From a virus: DNA of 39,794 nucleotides. Below are positions 1-7,507 of the stretch, piece by piece. Location: the UHGV virus genome UHGV-0220445. One strand, 5' to 3'. The position numbers and the translations under genes are program-made. Under the pieces are notes generated by a model. It was not told the DNA's origin. It saw nothing but the letters and a program-made list of their open reading frames with translations, and did not search any database. Every line of letters starts with the position of its first letter. Position 1 is the first letter of the stretch.

Positions 1-136
1 ACCCCCTTGTAATGCTTGGGGGAATAGCCCCGTCGATGATTCATGAGGAATGATTTTCCGAATTGGAACTGCAATTTTCCATAGAGATGTTGCAGTTACA
101 ATTTCTATTGCTCGTCTACAATCACCGTTAAAAGGC
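1..136. repeat. Inverted repeat IR1, left arm (136 bp, perfect reverse complement of 463-598)
   Basis: Direct comparison: rc(1..136) equals 463..598 base for base; repeat abuts window edge so full extent is unknown. Confidence 0.9.
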
Positions 137-398
137 TAATATCATCTTCATCAATCCACTGAGTAATACCAGCAATACAATCTTTGTAGACAATATCAAC
201 TACTTTACCAACAAGTGAATCAATTCTATCAAATAGCTTCTTACCAATGAATAATCTCTCAACAATATTACCTTGAAGATCATTACAATCTACTAGATAA
301 CGCTCTGAAAAATCATCAGTAGCTTTAAGAACACTAATACTATTCAATACAACTGCATTCAACTTCTTAGTTTCCGGTGCATTAATTAAAGTATTCAT
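105..398 (-). CDS. Hypothetical small protein (97 aa) whose 3' third lies inside IR2/IR1
   Basis: ORF track; weak ribosome-binding site; coding status uncertain. Confidence 0.3.
   Translation of the reverse strand: MNTLINAPETKKLNAVVLNSISVLKATDDFSERYLVDCNDLQGNIVERLFIGKKLFDRIDSLVGKVVDIVYKDCIAGITQWIDEDDISLLTVIVDEQ
137..218. repeat. Inverted repeat IR2, left arm (82 bp, perfect reverse complement of 613-694)
   Basis: rc(137..218) equals 613..694; flanking bases 136/695 and 219/612 mismatch, so IR2 has a different symmetry centre from IR1. Confidence 0.9.
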
Positions 399-462
399 AA
401 CACAAATAGCAATTACCTTTACATTGCGAGGTTCTAATTATTATTAATTGAATTAATTCCAT

Positions 463-598
463 GCCTTTTAACGGTGATTGTAGACGAGCAATAGAAATTG
501 TAACTGCAACATCTCTATGGAAAATTGCAGTTCCAATTCGGAAAATCATTCCTCATGAATCATCGACGGGGCTATTCCCCCAAGCATTACAAGGGGGT
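463..598. repeat. Inverted repeat IR1, right arm
   Basis: Perfect reverse complement of 1..136. Confidence 0.9.
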
Positions 599-612
599 GC
601 TGTCGTATAAGG

Positions 613-694
613 TCACTTGTTGGTAAAGTAGTTGATATTGTCTACAAAGATTGTATTGCTGGTATTACTCAGTGGATTGATGAAGATGATATTA
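613..694. repeat. Inverted repeat IR2, right arm
   Basis: Perfect reverse complement of 137..218; encodes the same 27-aa peptide SLVGKVVDIVYKDCIAGITQWIDEDDI as the minus-strand ORF 105..398. Confidence 0.9.
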
Positions 695-998
695 ACGAAG
701 AAGTTCGATTTCATACTGTAGATCATAAGCAAGTTGTTGATATTGTTAAAATTAATGATATTAATCTATTGATTGCTTGTATTAAAGCTGGTATGAAAGA
801 TATGTATAATGATTTAAAATTATTGAATCAATGAGAATTACTAGAGTTATACCTGGCACCACGTAAAATGCGCTTCGGTATCTCCGAAGGCATGGTGATG
901 GCTGCTGGCCCTGGCGGAAAAGATATCTTCCTGTTAAGCCCGGATGCTGGTGCTAAACCTGGCCACCAGGTTAAGTAATTAAACAACCTCTCTTCGCA

Positions 999-1025
999 AT
1001 GCCCGGCAACACGCCGGGCATTTTC
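999..1025 (+). terminator. Putative intrinsic terminator (atgcccggc-aacac-gccgggcat + TTTT)
   Basis: 9-bp GC-rich stem followed by T run. Confidence 0.55.
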
Positions 1026-1061
1026 ATATAGACACAATCCCTTCTGATTTACACAGTACCT

Positions 1062-1127
1062 AAAACAATTTGTTTTCTGCCTTTTGTTGATGGAGATAAT
1101 AAACCACATAAGAAAACAACTTGTTTT
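1062..1127 (+). promoter_or_regulatory. Early promoter region with two copies of palindromic motif AAAACAAnTTGTTTT flanking GATAAT
   Basis: aaaacaatttgtttt at ~1062-1076, gataat ~1095-1100, aaaacaacttgtttt ~1113-1127, then SD ggag and ATG 1140. Confidence 0.45.
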
Positions 1128-1139
1128 GGAGTGGTTGAA

Positions 1140-1439
1140 ATGTTGAACATTACCCAAGCCTACCAGGTGGCATTGATCAGCTCATCTCATACATCAGAGG
1201 AAGATGCTCGCCGGTTCATGATCGCAAGCAATGAGCTGGATTGGGTTTCACAAATTGACGGCGGTTGTATTGTCCACGCCGGGTTACAGGATGATGTCTG
1301 GAAAGAGGACTTGCGTCGATATGGTATATCCGAAGGCGCGATTGCTAACATTCAGAAAGTACTTGATGTAGGCTTTGACTCTGTACATTTTGATTGTGGT
1401 GCACCGGTCGTTGAAGGGCTTGAGTGCTGGAACTGGTAA
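1140..1439 (+). CDS. Hypothetical early protein (~99 aa)
   Basis: ORF track (1131..1439); ATG at 1140 is 8 nt after SD ggag. Confidence 0.5.
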   Translation: MLNITQAYQVALISSSHTSEEDARRFMIASNELDWVSQIDGGCIVHAGLQDDVWKEDLRRYGISEGAIANIQKVLDVGFDSVHFDCGAPVVEGLECWNW

Positions 1440-1484
1440 CAGATATTAAAGCATTGGTAGTTTGTTTTTAGGATTATCAAAGAA

Positions 1485-2219
1485 ATGAAAAAGTTGAAAA
1501 GTTTAGAAATCCCTGGAACTGGTTATAAATTCTTTATGGACAACGCGGAGTGTGCACCTAACGCGTTGGAAAAAATACAAAGTCTTATCAACAGCCTTAC
1601 TGAAGAAGCGAAAGAACTGAAGAGCGAGGCGACAAAGGACAATACAGCTAAAATCCAATGCTTAAATCTCGTCTCTTATTGTTTATATCAAGTATCCAAA
1701 ACACTGATTAAAGGCAATATCTATTACGACGATGAAGACACCTCGACACCTGAAGAAAAAGATAGCGATGAAGAACTCTACGAAGATATCTCTACTAGTG
1801 CGGGTCACGCTGCCTTCGATGCTATGGGTGAATCGTCAGGCATCAGATCGTTTGTTGAACAGAACAATTCGACAATAATGATTGAGTACTGTGAACAAAC
1901 AAGCTCCAAGGCCATACATGTTCTTCACGATGTTGCTGCAGGGGTTCGCTGTGAGGCTGAAGCGGTCAGAAAAGATGTATTTGGTGCAGACAGTAATACC
2001 GTGAAAGCGTTTATCAACAGTGCTCTGCTAAATTCTTACTCAAACCTTATAGTCAATGCGGCACTATGCGCAAATTCAGGTGAAGAACACATTGTCATAA
2101 CTGAAACCAAACATGAGCATCAACAGTCACCAACCATAGAAGAGGTAACTGCATTGGCTATCAAACAGGCGAGTGAAATTAGTGATGAAATTCTCTCTCT
2201 GCTAAACAAAACTAAGTAA
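1485..2219 (+). CDS. Hypothetical protein (244 aa) with acidic stretch
   Basis: ORF track; acidic segment YYDDEDTSTPEEKDSDEELYEDI; no family recognised. Confidence 0.5.
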   Translation: MKKLKSLEIPGTGYKFFMDNAECAPNALEKIQSLINSLTEEAKELKSEATKDNTAKIQCLNLVSYCLYQVSKTLIKGNIYYDDEDTSTPEEKDSDEELYEDISTSAGHAAFDAMGESSGIRSFVEQNNSTIMIEYCEQTSSKAIHVLHDVAAGVRCEAEAVRKDVFGADSNTVKAFINSALLNSYSNLIVNAALCANSGEEHIVITETKHEHQQSPTIEEVTALAIKQASEISDEILSLLNKTK

Positions 2220-2299
2220 GACATTGATAATGGCGGTCACAATTTGATTCTTTTCTATAAGAATCCGTTGATCGCCACTACTCCCCTTCCATACCCGCA

Positions 2300-3110
2300 A
2301 TCACATCCTTAAATATCAATAAGTTATAGTTGTTTATACAATCAAGAAAACAACTGAATAACAGATCAACGAAACATCAACGCTTTCACCCGATTTGGTC
2401 TAAAAAATTGACGTTTTCACACATCACTGCTTATACCCGTAATTCTACGCAGCAGACAGCGCCACAGCGTCCAATTTTCACCACAGACGACCCAACACAC
2501 TACCAACAAAAACACACGCTCAAAATCGCTCCCGTTGCGTTACACAACCATATAAACAACTTATTTTCAGGTATAACGAAACAACTAAATAACACATATG
2601 CCATTTCCAAAAACAACCAACCTCTTTATGGCAGGCTACCGAAAAGACCCACCTCTTCTCCCCAGGCTACCGGACAACCAACCTAACTTTCACAGGCAAT
2701 CCGAAAAACATTCATACGCGCGATACCCACGATACGCCATTCCCCCAAATAGCGAAGCACACCAGAATCACTGAAACCCCCAACGAAGCCTGTAACCGCA
2801 AGGATTCTCTCAATCCCAAAAGACACGAAACATAACAATCACGGGAAACGCCATTACCCAATACACGAATAACTACAAAAGCCTTTCACACTCCAGACAA
2901 ACAACTCAAACACAATAACGAAAGCAATCGCCCACCTGCCATTACTCCATAGACGGAGAAGAACAATCACCAAAACGACGAGAACACCCCATAGAAGAAC
3001 CACCGCAAAACTAACGAAACCACATACACCGACAGGGAAAACAACACACCCAATTCACCAACAGAATTAGTCGCCGTATAGAACGTTCTGGAAGGAGTGA
3101 GCATTAACGC
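2300..3110 (+). other. Non-coding tract with strong strand compositional asymmetry (A+C-rich, G- and T-poor on + strand)
   Basis: Manual count of one 60-nt row (2461-2520): A 24, C 23, G 6, T 7; same bias visible by eye across ~800 bp; only a low-complexity ORF overlaps. Confidence 0.7.
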
Positions 3111-3280
3111 CTATAGAGAGGTTGAAACAGATAAAACACGAAGAAAACACAACATGTATAGCGAACAAGACAGGTATGTATAAGTGGGGAGGGAAGGAGT
3201 GGTGTCGCCTCCTTTTTCGTATTTATTCAACTCCTGATTTTATCCCCCGTAACACCCCTACGGTCAGCCTTCGGTCCATA

Positions 3281-3411
3281 CAGGGAAAAGGCTGCATCCC
3301 GCTACAGAAACGGCTGGGTTGCCTTCGGGGAACGGCTGGGGATTTTCAGGGAAACGGTCGAGTTGCCTGTGTGGATTTCGGGAAAAGGCTCGATGCCGGT
3401 TCAGGAACGGC
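3281..3411 (+). repeat. Iteron-like array: six degenerate direct repeats C(A/G)GG(A/G)AA(A)CGGC
   Basis: Copies starting ~3281, 3305, 3326, 3347, 3379, 3402; spacing mostly 21-24 bp. Confidence 0.6.
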
Positions 3412-3730
3412 GGCGTACCGGTATAGCGAGAGGGAGAGTTGCGGCTACCCACCTGTAATGTGCGGGAAGAAGAGAGGCGCTCACGTGCAGGCGAACTTAC
3501 TTACCGCTGGATTCCCTCTGAATGCCCAGCTACAGCGTAATTGTGCCAGACAGCCAACGGGTCACAATCGATTTCAGTAGGTTTTCGGGGAGATGATTAT
3601 TCTGCCCACCAGCCACCTTCGGCCACTAAATCAGAATAATGTAAAAAGTGTACTCGGTACTGAACCTGAAAACTCACTGCCAAAACCACATTCACCGGAA
3701 TAAAATCCTTTTTCGCCTGTGCGTTATTGC

Positions 3731-3764
3731 GATAATAACACCATCAAGAAAACATGTTGTTTAA
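3731..3764 (+). promoter_or_regulatory. Early promoter (TGcGATAAT extended -10) plus leader motif caagaaaacatgttgttt
   Basis: gataat ~3731-3736 preceded by tgc; motif ~3745-3764; ATG 3775. Confidence 0.45.
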
Positions 3765-3774
3765 GGATTGCTTT

Positions 3775-4104
3775 ATGTTTGCAAATATCGACATCAACCA
3801 AATTAAGAAATTAACTCAAAAAGAGTTTGATCAGTTTTATGAGTTAGAAGGTTGGTCTTCCACTCTGATCAATTCGCGGTGGGTGCTTGAGCTGATGACT
3901 CGTGATGACGCACCTGCTTTGATGATTTGCGACATGGGTGAAGATGCTGACTTTATGGATATGAGCGAATTTTGTGTGGACACATACAACCGCAGCCAGA
4001 AGTACTACTTCACATGCGATAGCGAGAATGACGTTATTTCTAAGGTCTATCTTCACCTCGTCCAGCATTGGGACGTTCAGGAGTTTCTTGAAGTATTCGA
4101 GTAA
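3775..4104 (+). CDS. Hypothetical early protein (acidic)
   Basis: ORF track (3754..4104); ATG 3775 has SD aagga 7 nt upstream. Confidence 0.5.
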   Translation: MFANIDINQIKKLTQKEFDQFYELEGWSSTLINSRWVLELMTRDDAPALMICDMGEDADFMDMSEFCVDTYNRSQKYYFTCDSENDVISKVYLHLVQHWDVQEFLEVFE

Positions 4105-4210
4105 CCCCAACCAAAGCCAGCATTGCTGGCTTAATTTCTCTATAGCCGCAGGGAAGAACCTGCATATCGCTCATGCACCTGATCAATATGCTTTGTAGCC
4201 GTTTTCTCAC

Positions 4211-4248
4211 TGGTATTATTTACGCCATTGAGAAAACAAGTTGTTTAC
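4211..4248 (+). promoter_or_regulatory. Early promoter (TGgTATTAT) plus leader motif gagaaaacaagttgtttac
   Basis: Same architecture as other early genes. Confidence 0.4.
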
Positions 4249-4257
4249 GGAGTTGTA

Positions 4258-4569
4258 ATGAAAAAATCATTGGTTCTTGGTCTGGACAAAGACCAGAAGA
4301 GAAAAGAGAAGCCTGCACTGGTTGCTCAATTAACTTTGCTGGACATCGTTGCCAATGGAACCTCTATTCGTCTGTTCCGTGAAACAGCGGTGTCTTTCGA
4401 TAAAAACACCTTTACTCGTTATGTAATGAATGTTCGTCGCCAGCGTGGAAAAGGCTGGATGGCATTTCAAAGAATGTGGCCGGAACATCAGCTCGAACTG
4501 GCTTTGATGGAAGTTAACCGCGTGGCCCAGCAAGAAATTCAGAGAGCATCAGTGATGGCAATAGCCTGA
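4258..4569 (+). CDS. Hypothetical early protein (~103 aa)
   Basis: ORF track (4228..4569); ATG 4258 follows SD ggag. Confidence 0.5.
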   Translation: MKKSLVLGLDKDQKRKEKPALVAQLTLLDIVANGTSIRLFRETAVSFDKNTFTRYVMNVRRQRGKGWMAFQRMWPEHQLELALMEVNRVAQQEIQRASVMAIA

Positions 4570-4604
4570 TAATGTGCAAGTGGTAATTAGTCGACAGTAC
4601 GACA

Positions 4605-4631
4605 GCCCCGCCATCCTTACGGGGCTTTTTT
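4605..4631 (+). terminator. Intrinsic terminator (gccccg-ccatcctta-cggggc + TTTTTT)
   Basis: GC stem followed by T6. Confidence 0.65.
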
Positions 4632-4636
4632 GTATT

Positions 4637-4652
4637 GTAAGTACATACTTAC
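4637..4652. promoter_or_regulatory. Palindromic motif GTAAGTAcaTACTTAC (late-type element)
   Basis: Member of a motif family recurring before structural genes. Confidence 0.45.
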
Positions 4653-4695
4653 GATCATAGAATATAAAAATAACCAATACACTACGGAGAGTGAA

Positions 4696-5091
4696 ATGAC
4701 CATTAAACGCGAAAAACTGACAGTTGATGTTTACTATGCCTCTGAAACCGCCGAAGGTAAGAATGTGGCAAAAATCACCGTTGTTACGTACAACACCGAA
4801 ACTGGTGCCGAAGTCCAGGCCAGTACGATCGTGCGTAAAGGTGATGCCTCCGACGGCGAGTACGCGACTCAATACCAGTCTATTTTCGATGCAACTGACC
4901 CGCTGCTGCTGAAAATCGAGAACTACTTCCGCCAGGTTGATGAAGAGGTGTTTGAACCAATGATGAATATGGTTAACACCGTATTCGCCTCCAACCTGAA
5001 TACCAACACTACCTGGATTGGTCAGTACGGCCTGCGCATTACCTCCGGCATTCCTGCCGAGACCTTAATCCCTGAAAGCGTATTCGCTTAA
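4696..5091 (+). CDS. Hypothetical protein (131 aa), moron-like unit between two terminators
   Basis: ORF track (4630..5091); ATG 4696 follows SD ggagag. Confidence 0.55.
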   Translation: MTIKREKLTVDVYYASETAEGKNVAKITVVTYNTETGAEVQASTIVRKGDASDGEYATQYQSIFDATDPLLLKIENYFRQVDEEVFEPMMNMVNTVFASNLNTNTTWIGQYGLRITSGIPAETLIPESVFA

Positions 5092-5100
5092 TCCTCTTTA

Positions 5101-5127
5101 AATGGCGCGTAAACCGCGCCATTTTAT
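5101..5127 (+). terminator. Intrinsic terminator (aatggcgcg-taaac-cgcgccatt + TTTATT)
   Basis: 9-bp stem plus T-rich tail. Confidence 0.6.
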
Positions 5128-5137
5128 TAAGCCCGAT

Positions 5138-5183
5138 AACAATTTGTTTTCTGCCTTATCTGATTTGTGAAAATGATTTCACT
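5138..5183 (+). promoter_or_regulatory. Early promoter: motif aacaatTTGTTTtctgcc (-35-like TTGTTT) ~19 bp upstream of GAAAAT
   Basis: Sequence pattern shared with 1062-1100. Confidence 0.4.
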
Positions 5184-5208
5184 GAAGCAACTTAATAAGG
5201 AAACCATC

Positions 5209-5583
5209 ATGGGACTTGATATCTATATCGAGACACAGCCTAAAAACGATCTGAATAACGAGGCATCCAGAAAGCAGGTTGCTTACTTCCGTAAGTTCAA
5301 TGCGCTCGTTGGGTGGATGGAGCGCAACGTAGGTGAAGTCGAAAATTGTGAGCTTTTAGAATTAACGATGAATGACATTTGTTTTCTGAAGGCTCATTTG
5401 ATGCACATAAACGAAAGCAATTGCGAAGAGTACTTGCCTACCCGGGAAGGTTTTTTCTTCGGCAGTCAGGAGTACGATGAAGGTTACTGGCATGATGTGG
5501 GGCAGTTGAAAGAGCTTGTGGAAGACCTGATTAAGAACCACGACTTTCACAATAACAGACTGACCTTCTGCGCCTGGTGGTAA
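5209..5583 (+). CDS. Hypothetical early protein (~124 aa)
   Basis: ORF track (5167..5583); ATG 5209 follows SD aagga. Confidence 0.5.
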   Translation: MGLDIYIETQPKNDLNNEASRKQVAYFRKFNALVGWMERNVGEVENCELLELTMNDICFLKAHLMHINESNCEEYLPTREGFFFGSQEYDEGYWHDVGQLKELVEDLIKNHDFHNNRLTFCAWW

Positions 5584-5585
5584 AT

Positions 5586-5729
5586 ATGGGCGATTTCAAG
5601 AAACGCCTGAAGGAAAGAGCCGAGATGGTCAGAAAGCAAAACGCCTCTTCTGTCATCAGATACGCAAGGCAGTTTAGTCGCAACAACAAATCAGTTGAGG
5701 AAAAGATCCTTAGCGTAATCGGTCGATAA
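5586..5729 (+). CDS. Possible small basic protein (47 aa)
   Basis: ATG 3 nt after previous stop; followed by hairpin; below ORF-track length cut-off. Confidence 0.3.
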   Translation: MGDFKKRLKERAEMVRKQNASSVIRYARQFSRNNKSVEEKILSVIGR

Positions 5730-5734
5730 TTATT

Positions 5735-5758
5735 AAGGCCACCAGCATTGGTGGTCTT
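5735..5758 (+). repeat. Conserved stem-loop aaggccacca-gcat-tggtggtctt (copy 1)
   Basis: Near-identical copy at 6206-6229; both directly follow a gene. Confidence 0.6.
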
Positions 5759-5867
5759 AAATGACTTTTAATAACCGAAGGTTAGTTTGAAACCTGGCTA
5801 TCAACTTCCAGAACCTTTCTTGTGTATTCAGCCTGTATTAACTTCTTTTATGCCTTATCTACACTGC

Positions 5868-5901
5868 GATAATTACACCAACAAGAAAACAACATGTTTA
5901 C
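5868..5901 (+). promoter_or_regulatory. Early promoter (TGcGATAAT) plus leader motif caagaaaacaacatgtttac
   Basis: Same architecture as 3731-3764. Confidence 0.45.
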
Positions 5902-5912
5902 GCAGTGAGGAT

Positions 5913-6200
5913 ATGCTCATGACTGATTTCACCATTACCCCTAAAGCACAAAATGTATTCCTTGAATCATGGCTGGACTTGCCGGAAACAGAACAGCAAG
6001 AAATGGATCATGTGGATTATGACGAGCAGGTAAGCACGCGATTCTTCCACTTTGAGGGATGCGTTTACGACATTGCCGACTTCATGCGAGATGACCGCTT
6101 CCCTGGATGGCACGCCAGTTATCCACTAAACGCCTTTGCCATGCTGATGATCCGTGTGGGTGATTCAGGGGATACCATCGACATCGGTCTGCTCCACTAA
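5913..6200 (+). CDS. Hypothetical early protein (~95 aa)
   Basis: ORF track (5787..6200); start at ATG 5913 or 5919 downstream of promoter motif. Confidence 0.45.
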   Translation: MLMTDFTITPKAQNVFLESWLDLPETEQQEMDHVDYDEQVSTRFFHFEGCVYDIADFMRDDRFPGWHASYPLNAFAMLMIRVGDSGDTIDIGLLH

Positions 6201-6205
6201 AGACT

Positions 6206-6229
6206 AAGGCCACCAATGCTGGTGGCCTT
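6206..6229 (+). repeat. Conserved stem-loop aaggccacc-aatgct-ggtggcctt (copy 2)
   Basis: Perfect 9-bp stem; followed by C-rich G-poor tract 6236-6330. Confidence 0.6.
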
Positions 6230-6330
6230 AAATGACCATCCTGTTTCCCGCAGGCTAAAAACACCAACCTCTTACCTCCAGGCAACCGACAAACCCACCT
6301 GTTCCCGTCCGGCTACCGCAACTTTCCACT

Positions 6331-6389
6331 TTGACGCCTTATTCGTACAACGATAATTAACACCAACAAGAAAACAATATGTTATTTAC
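6331..6389 (+). promoter_or_regulatory. Early promoter TTGACG-15-GATAAT plus leader motif caagaaaacaatatgttatttac
   Basis: Best sigma70-like match among the early promoters. Confidence 0.5.
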
Positions 6390-6404
6390 GATAAGGAATT
6401 AATC

Positions 6405-6887
6405 ATGAATTTTATCGCTACTGTAAACGCACCCGCACATGGCAATATCGCTGTAACGTTCTCTGACATTGAAAAACGAGTACTTGGTGCCTGGCGTCAC
6501 AATGAGACGGTAGAACTGTCAGAACAAGAAAAATGCATTATTGCACGCGACATCATTGGCAATCGTCGTTACTCGCGGGTATTTGAGAAAGCGTATGTGG
6601 TAAATTCTGGGTTCGGAACGTTCGTCTTTCCGGTGCGCTCCGGGCGATTCTGCCAGTCCAAGCTGATTGAGTTCGCTACGCAGATTTCTGTCTGGATTAA
6701 AACTCAATCGTCGTTCAAATTTTCCGACGATGAAGCAGTATCGCAGGGGATGCGGATCGCCAACAATGCGATTAAATGCAAAAACATTACGTATACCGCT
6801 GGCGTTGACACATGGAAACTGTTTTGCGCTAACTTTATGCTGAATGTATACGCAAGCAACCGCATCCACATCCTTGATGGCGTGTAA
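6405..6887 (+). CDS. Hypothetical early protein (160 aa)
   Basis: ORF track; SD aagga upstream. Confidence 0.55.
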   Translation: MNFIATVNAPAHGNIAVTFSDIEKRVLGAWRHNETVELSEQEKCIIARDIIGNRRYSRVFEKAYVVNSGFGTFVFPVRSGRFCQSKLIEFATQISVWIKTQSSFKFSDDEAVSQGMRIANNAIKCKNITYTAGVDTWKLFCANFMLNVYASNRIHILDGV

Positions 6888-6890
6888 CTG

Positions 6891-6920
6891 AGAAGAGGGC
6901 CAGAAACGGCCCTTTCTCTA
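6891..6920 (+). terminator. Putative terminator (agggcc-agaaac-ggccct + TTTCTCT)
   Basis: Stem-loop immediately after stop at 6887. Confidence 0.45.
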
Positions 6921-6936
6921 TAGCCACCAGCTGCCG

Positions 6937-7014
6937 CAGGGAAATTTTCAGAAACGGCGAGGAACGTATTCATGAGCCGACGGGAAACGGCCAGGATTTT
7001 TTCGGGAAACGGCG
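6937..7014 (+). repeat. Second iteron-like array (cagggaaa, cagaaacggcg, cgggaaacggcc, cgggaaacggcg)
   Basis: Same repeat family as 3281-3411. Confidence 0.55.
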
Positions 7015-7436
7015 GGGGTCGCCTTTATGTAGAAAACTGAGCGGGAGAAACCCGGAATCGCGCCAGAAATTGCGTAGCGGCGCTGGGGTATCGCTGGTGG
7101 GGGGGTCAGCCCCTGGGCCATCCAGATAGCTTTCGCTATGTGATTATGTGAATCCGTGGGTAAATCACTGTAAGCGCGTACACGTTGCCCAACGTGGCAA
7201 TCATACGCGAGCGGATACGGAACAAAACAAAATGCCGATCTGCGCCGACAAATAAACGCGGATCACATAGCAAGACTAAAAGCCAATGATTAGCCATACG
7301 TTATAGCGCAATATAACGCATTTTGAGCGCGTTAATGTGTTAAGTAATGGGTATGTACTGGTAAGGATATAAAAGCGCGTCTATGGCGTTATTTTGGCGC
7401 TTATTTTTATGTTGTTGGAGTGAGTCAAAGACAATA

Positions 7437-7466
7437 AAAAAACGCGCCAATGATGGCGCGTTTTGG
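7437..7466. terminator. Bidirectional terminator-like hairpin (A-run, cgcgcca-atga-tggcgcg, T-run)
   Basis: Symmetric A/T tracts around a GC stem, between convergent gene blocks. Confidence 0.55.
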
Positions 7467-7486
7467 TGGGAGTATTGGAAACGAAA

Positions 7487-7507
7487 AAGCGCCCATAGTG
7501 GGCGCTT
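7487..7507 (-). terminator. Hairpin agcgccca-tag-tgggcgct, partial copy of the 37-bp leader repeat
   Basis: Immediately past the stop of 7512..7742; T-rich on minus strand. Confidence 0.5.

Noticed and set aside
1-598. Covalently closed hairpin telomere (N15-like) as explanation for the terminal inverted repeat
   Set aside because: The arms are separated by a 326-bp unique segment and a second repeat pair has a different symmetry centre, which does not fit a simple fold-back; an assembly artefact still cannot be excluded without reads.
868-978. 36-aa ORF ([36 protein letters not shown]) upstream of terminator at 999
   Set aside because: No ribosome-binding site and very short; noted only because it precedes a clear terminator, not called as a gene.
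828-1157. Minus-strand ORF (109 aa)
   Set aside because: Runs antisense through a plus-strand terminator and promoter; no start context; likely spurious.
2330-2686. ORF-track CDS (118 aa) inside the A+C-rich tract
   Set aside because: Translation is low complexity (T/P/Q/N/K/H-rich), has no ribosome-binding site, and exists only because the skewed composition suppresses stop codons.
3281-3411. Possible CRISPR array
   Set aside because: Repeats are only ~11 bp, degenerate, with 10-20 bp irregular spacers; no cas genes; consistent with iterons instead.
3122-3580. ORF-track CDS (152 aa) over the iteron array, with antisense ORF 3264..3452
   Set aside because: Overlaps the direct repeats; Gly/Arg/Cys-rich translation typical of a GC-rich repeat artefact; no start context.
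7040-7440. tRNA gene in the non-coding hub
   Set aside because: No T-loop (GTTCRANYC-type) motif or cloverleaf arrangement found by eye; a proper tRNA scan should confirm.
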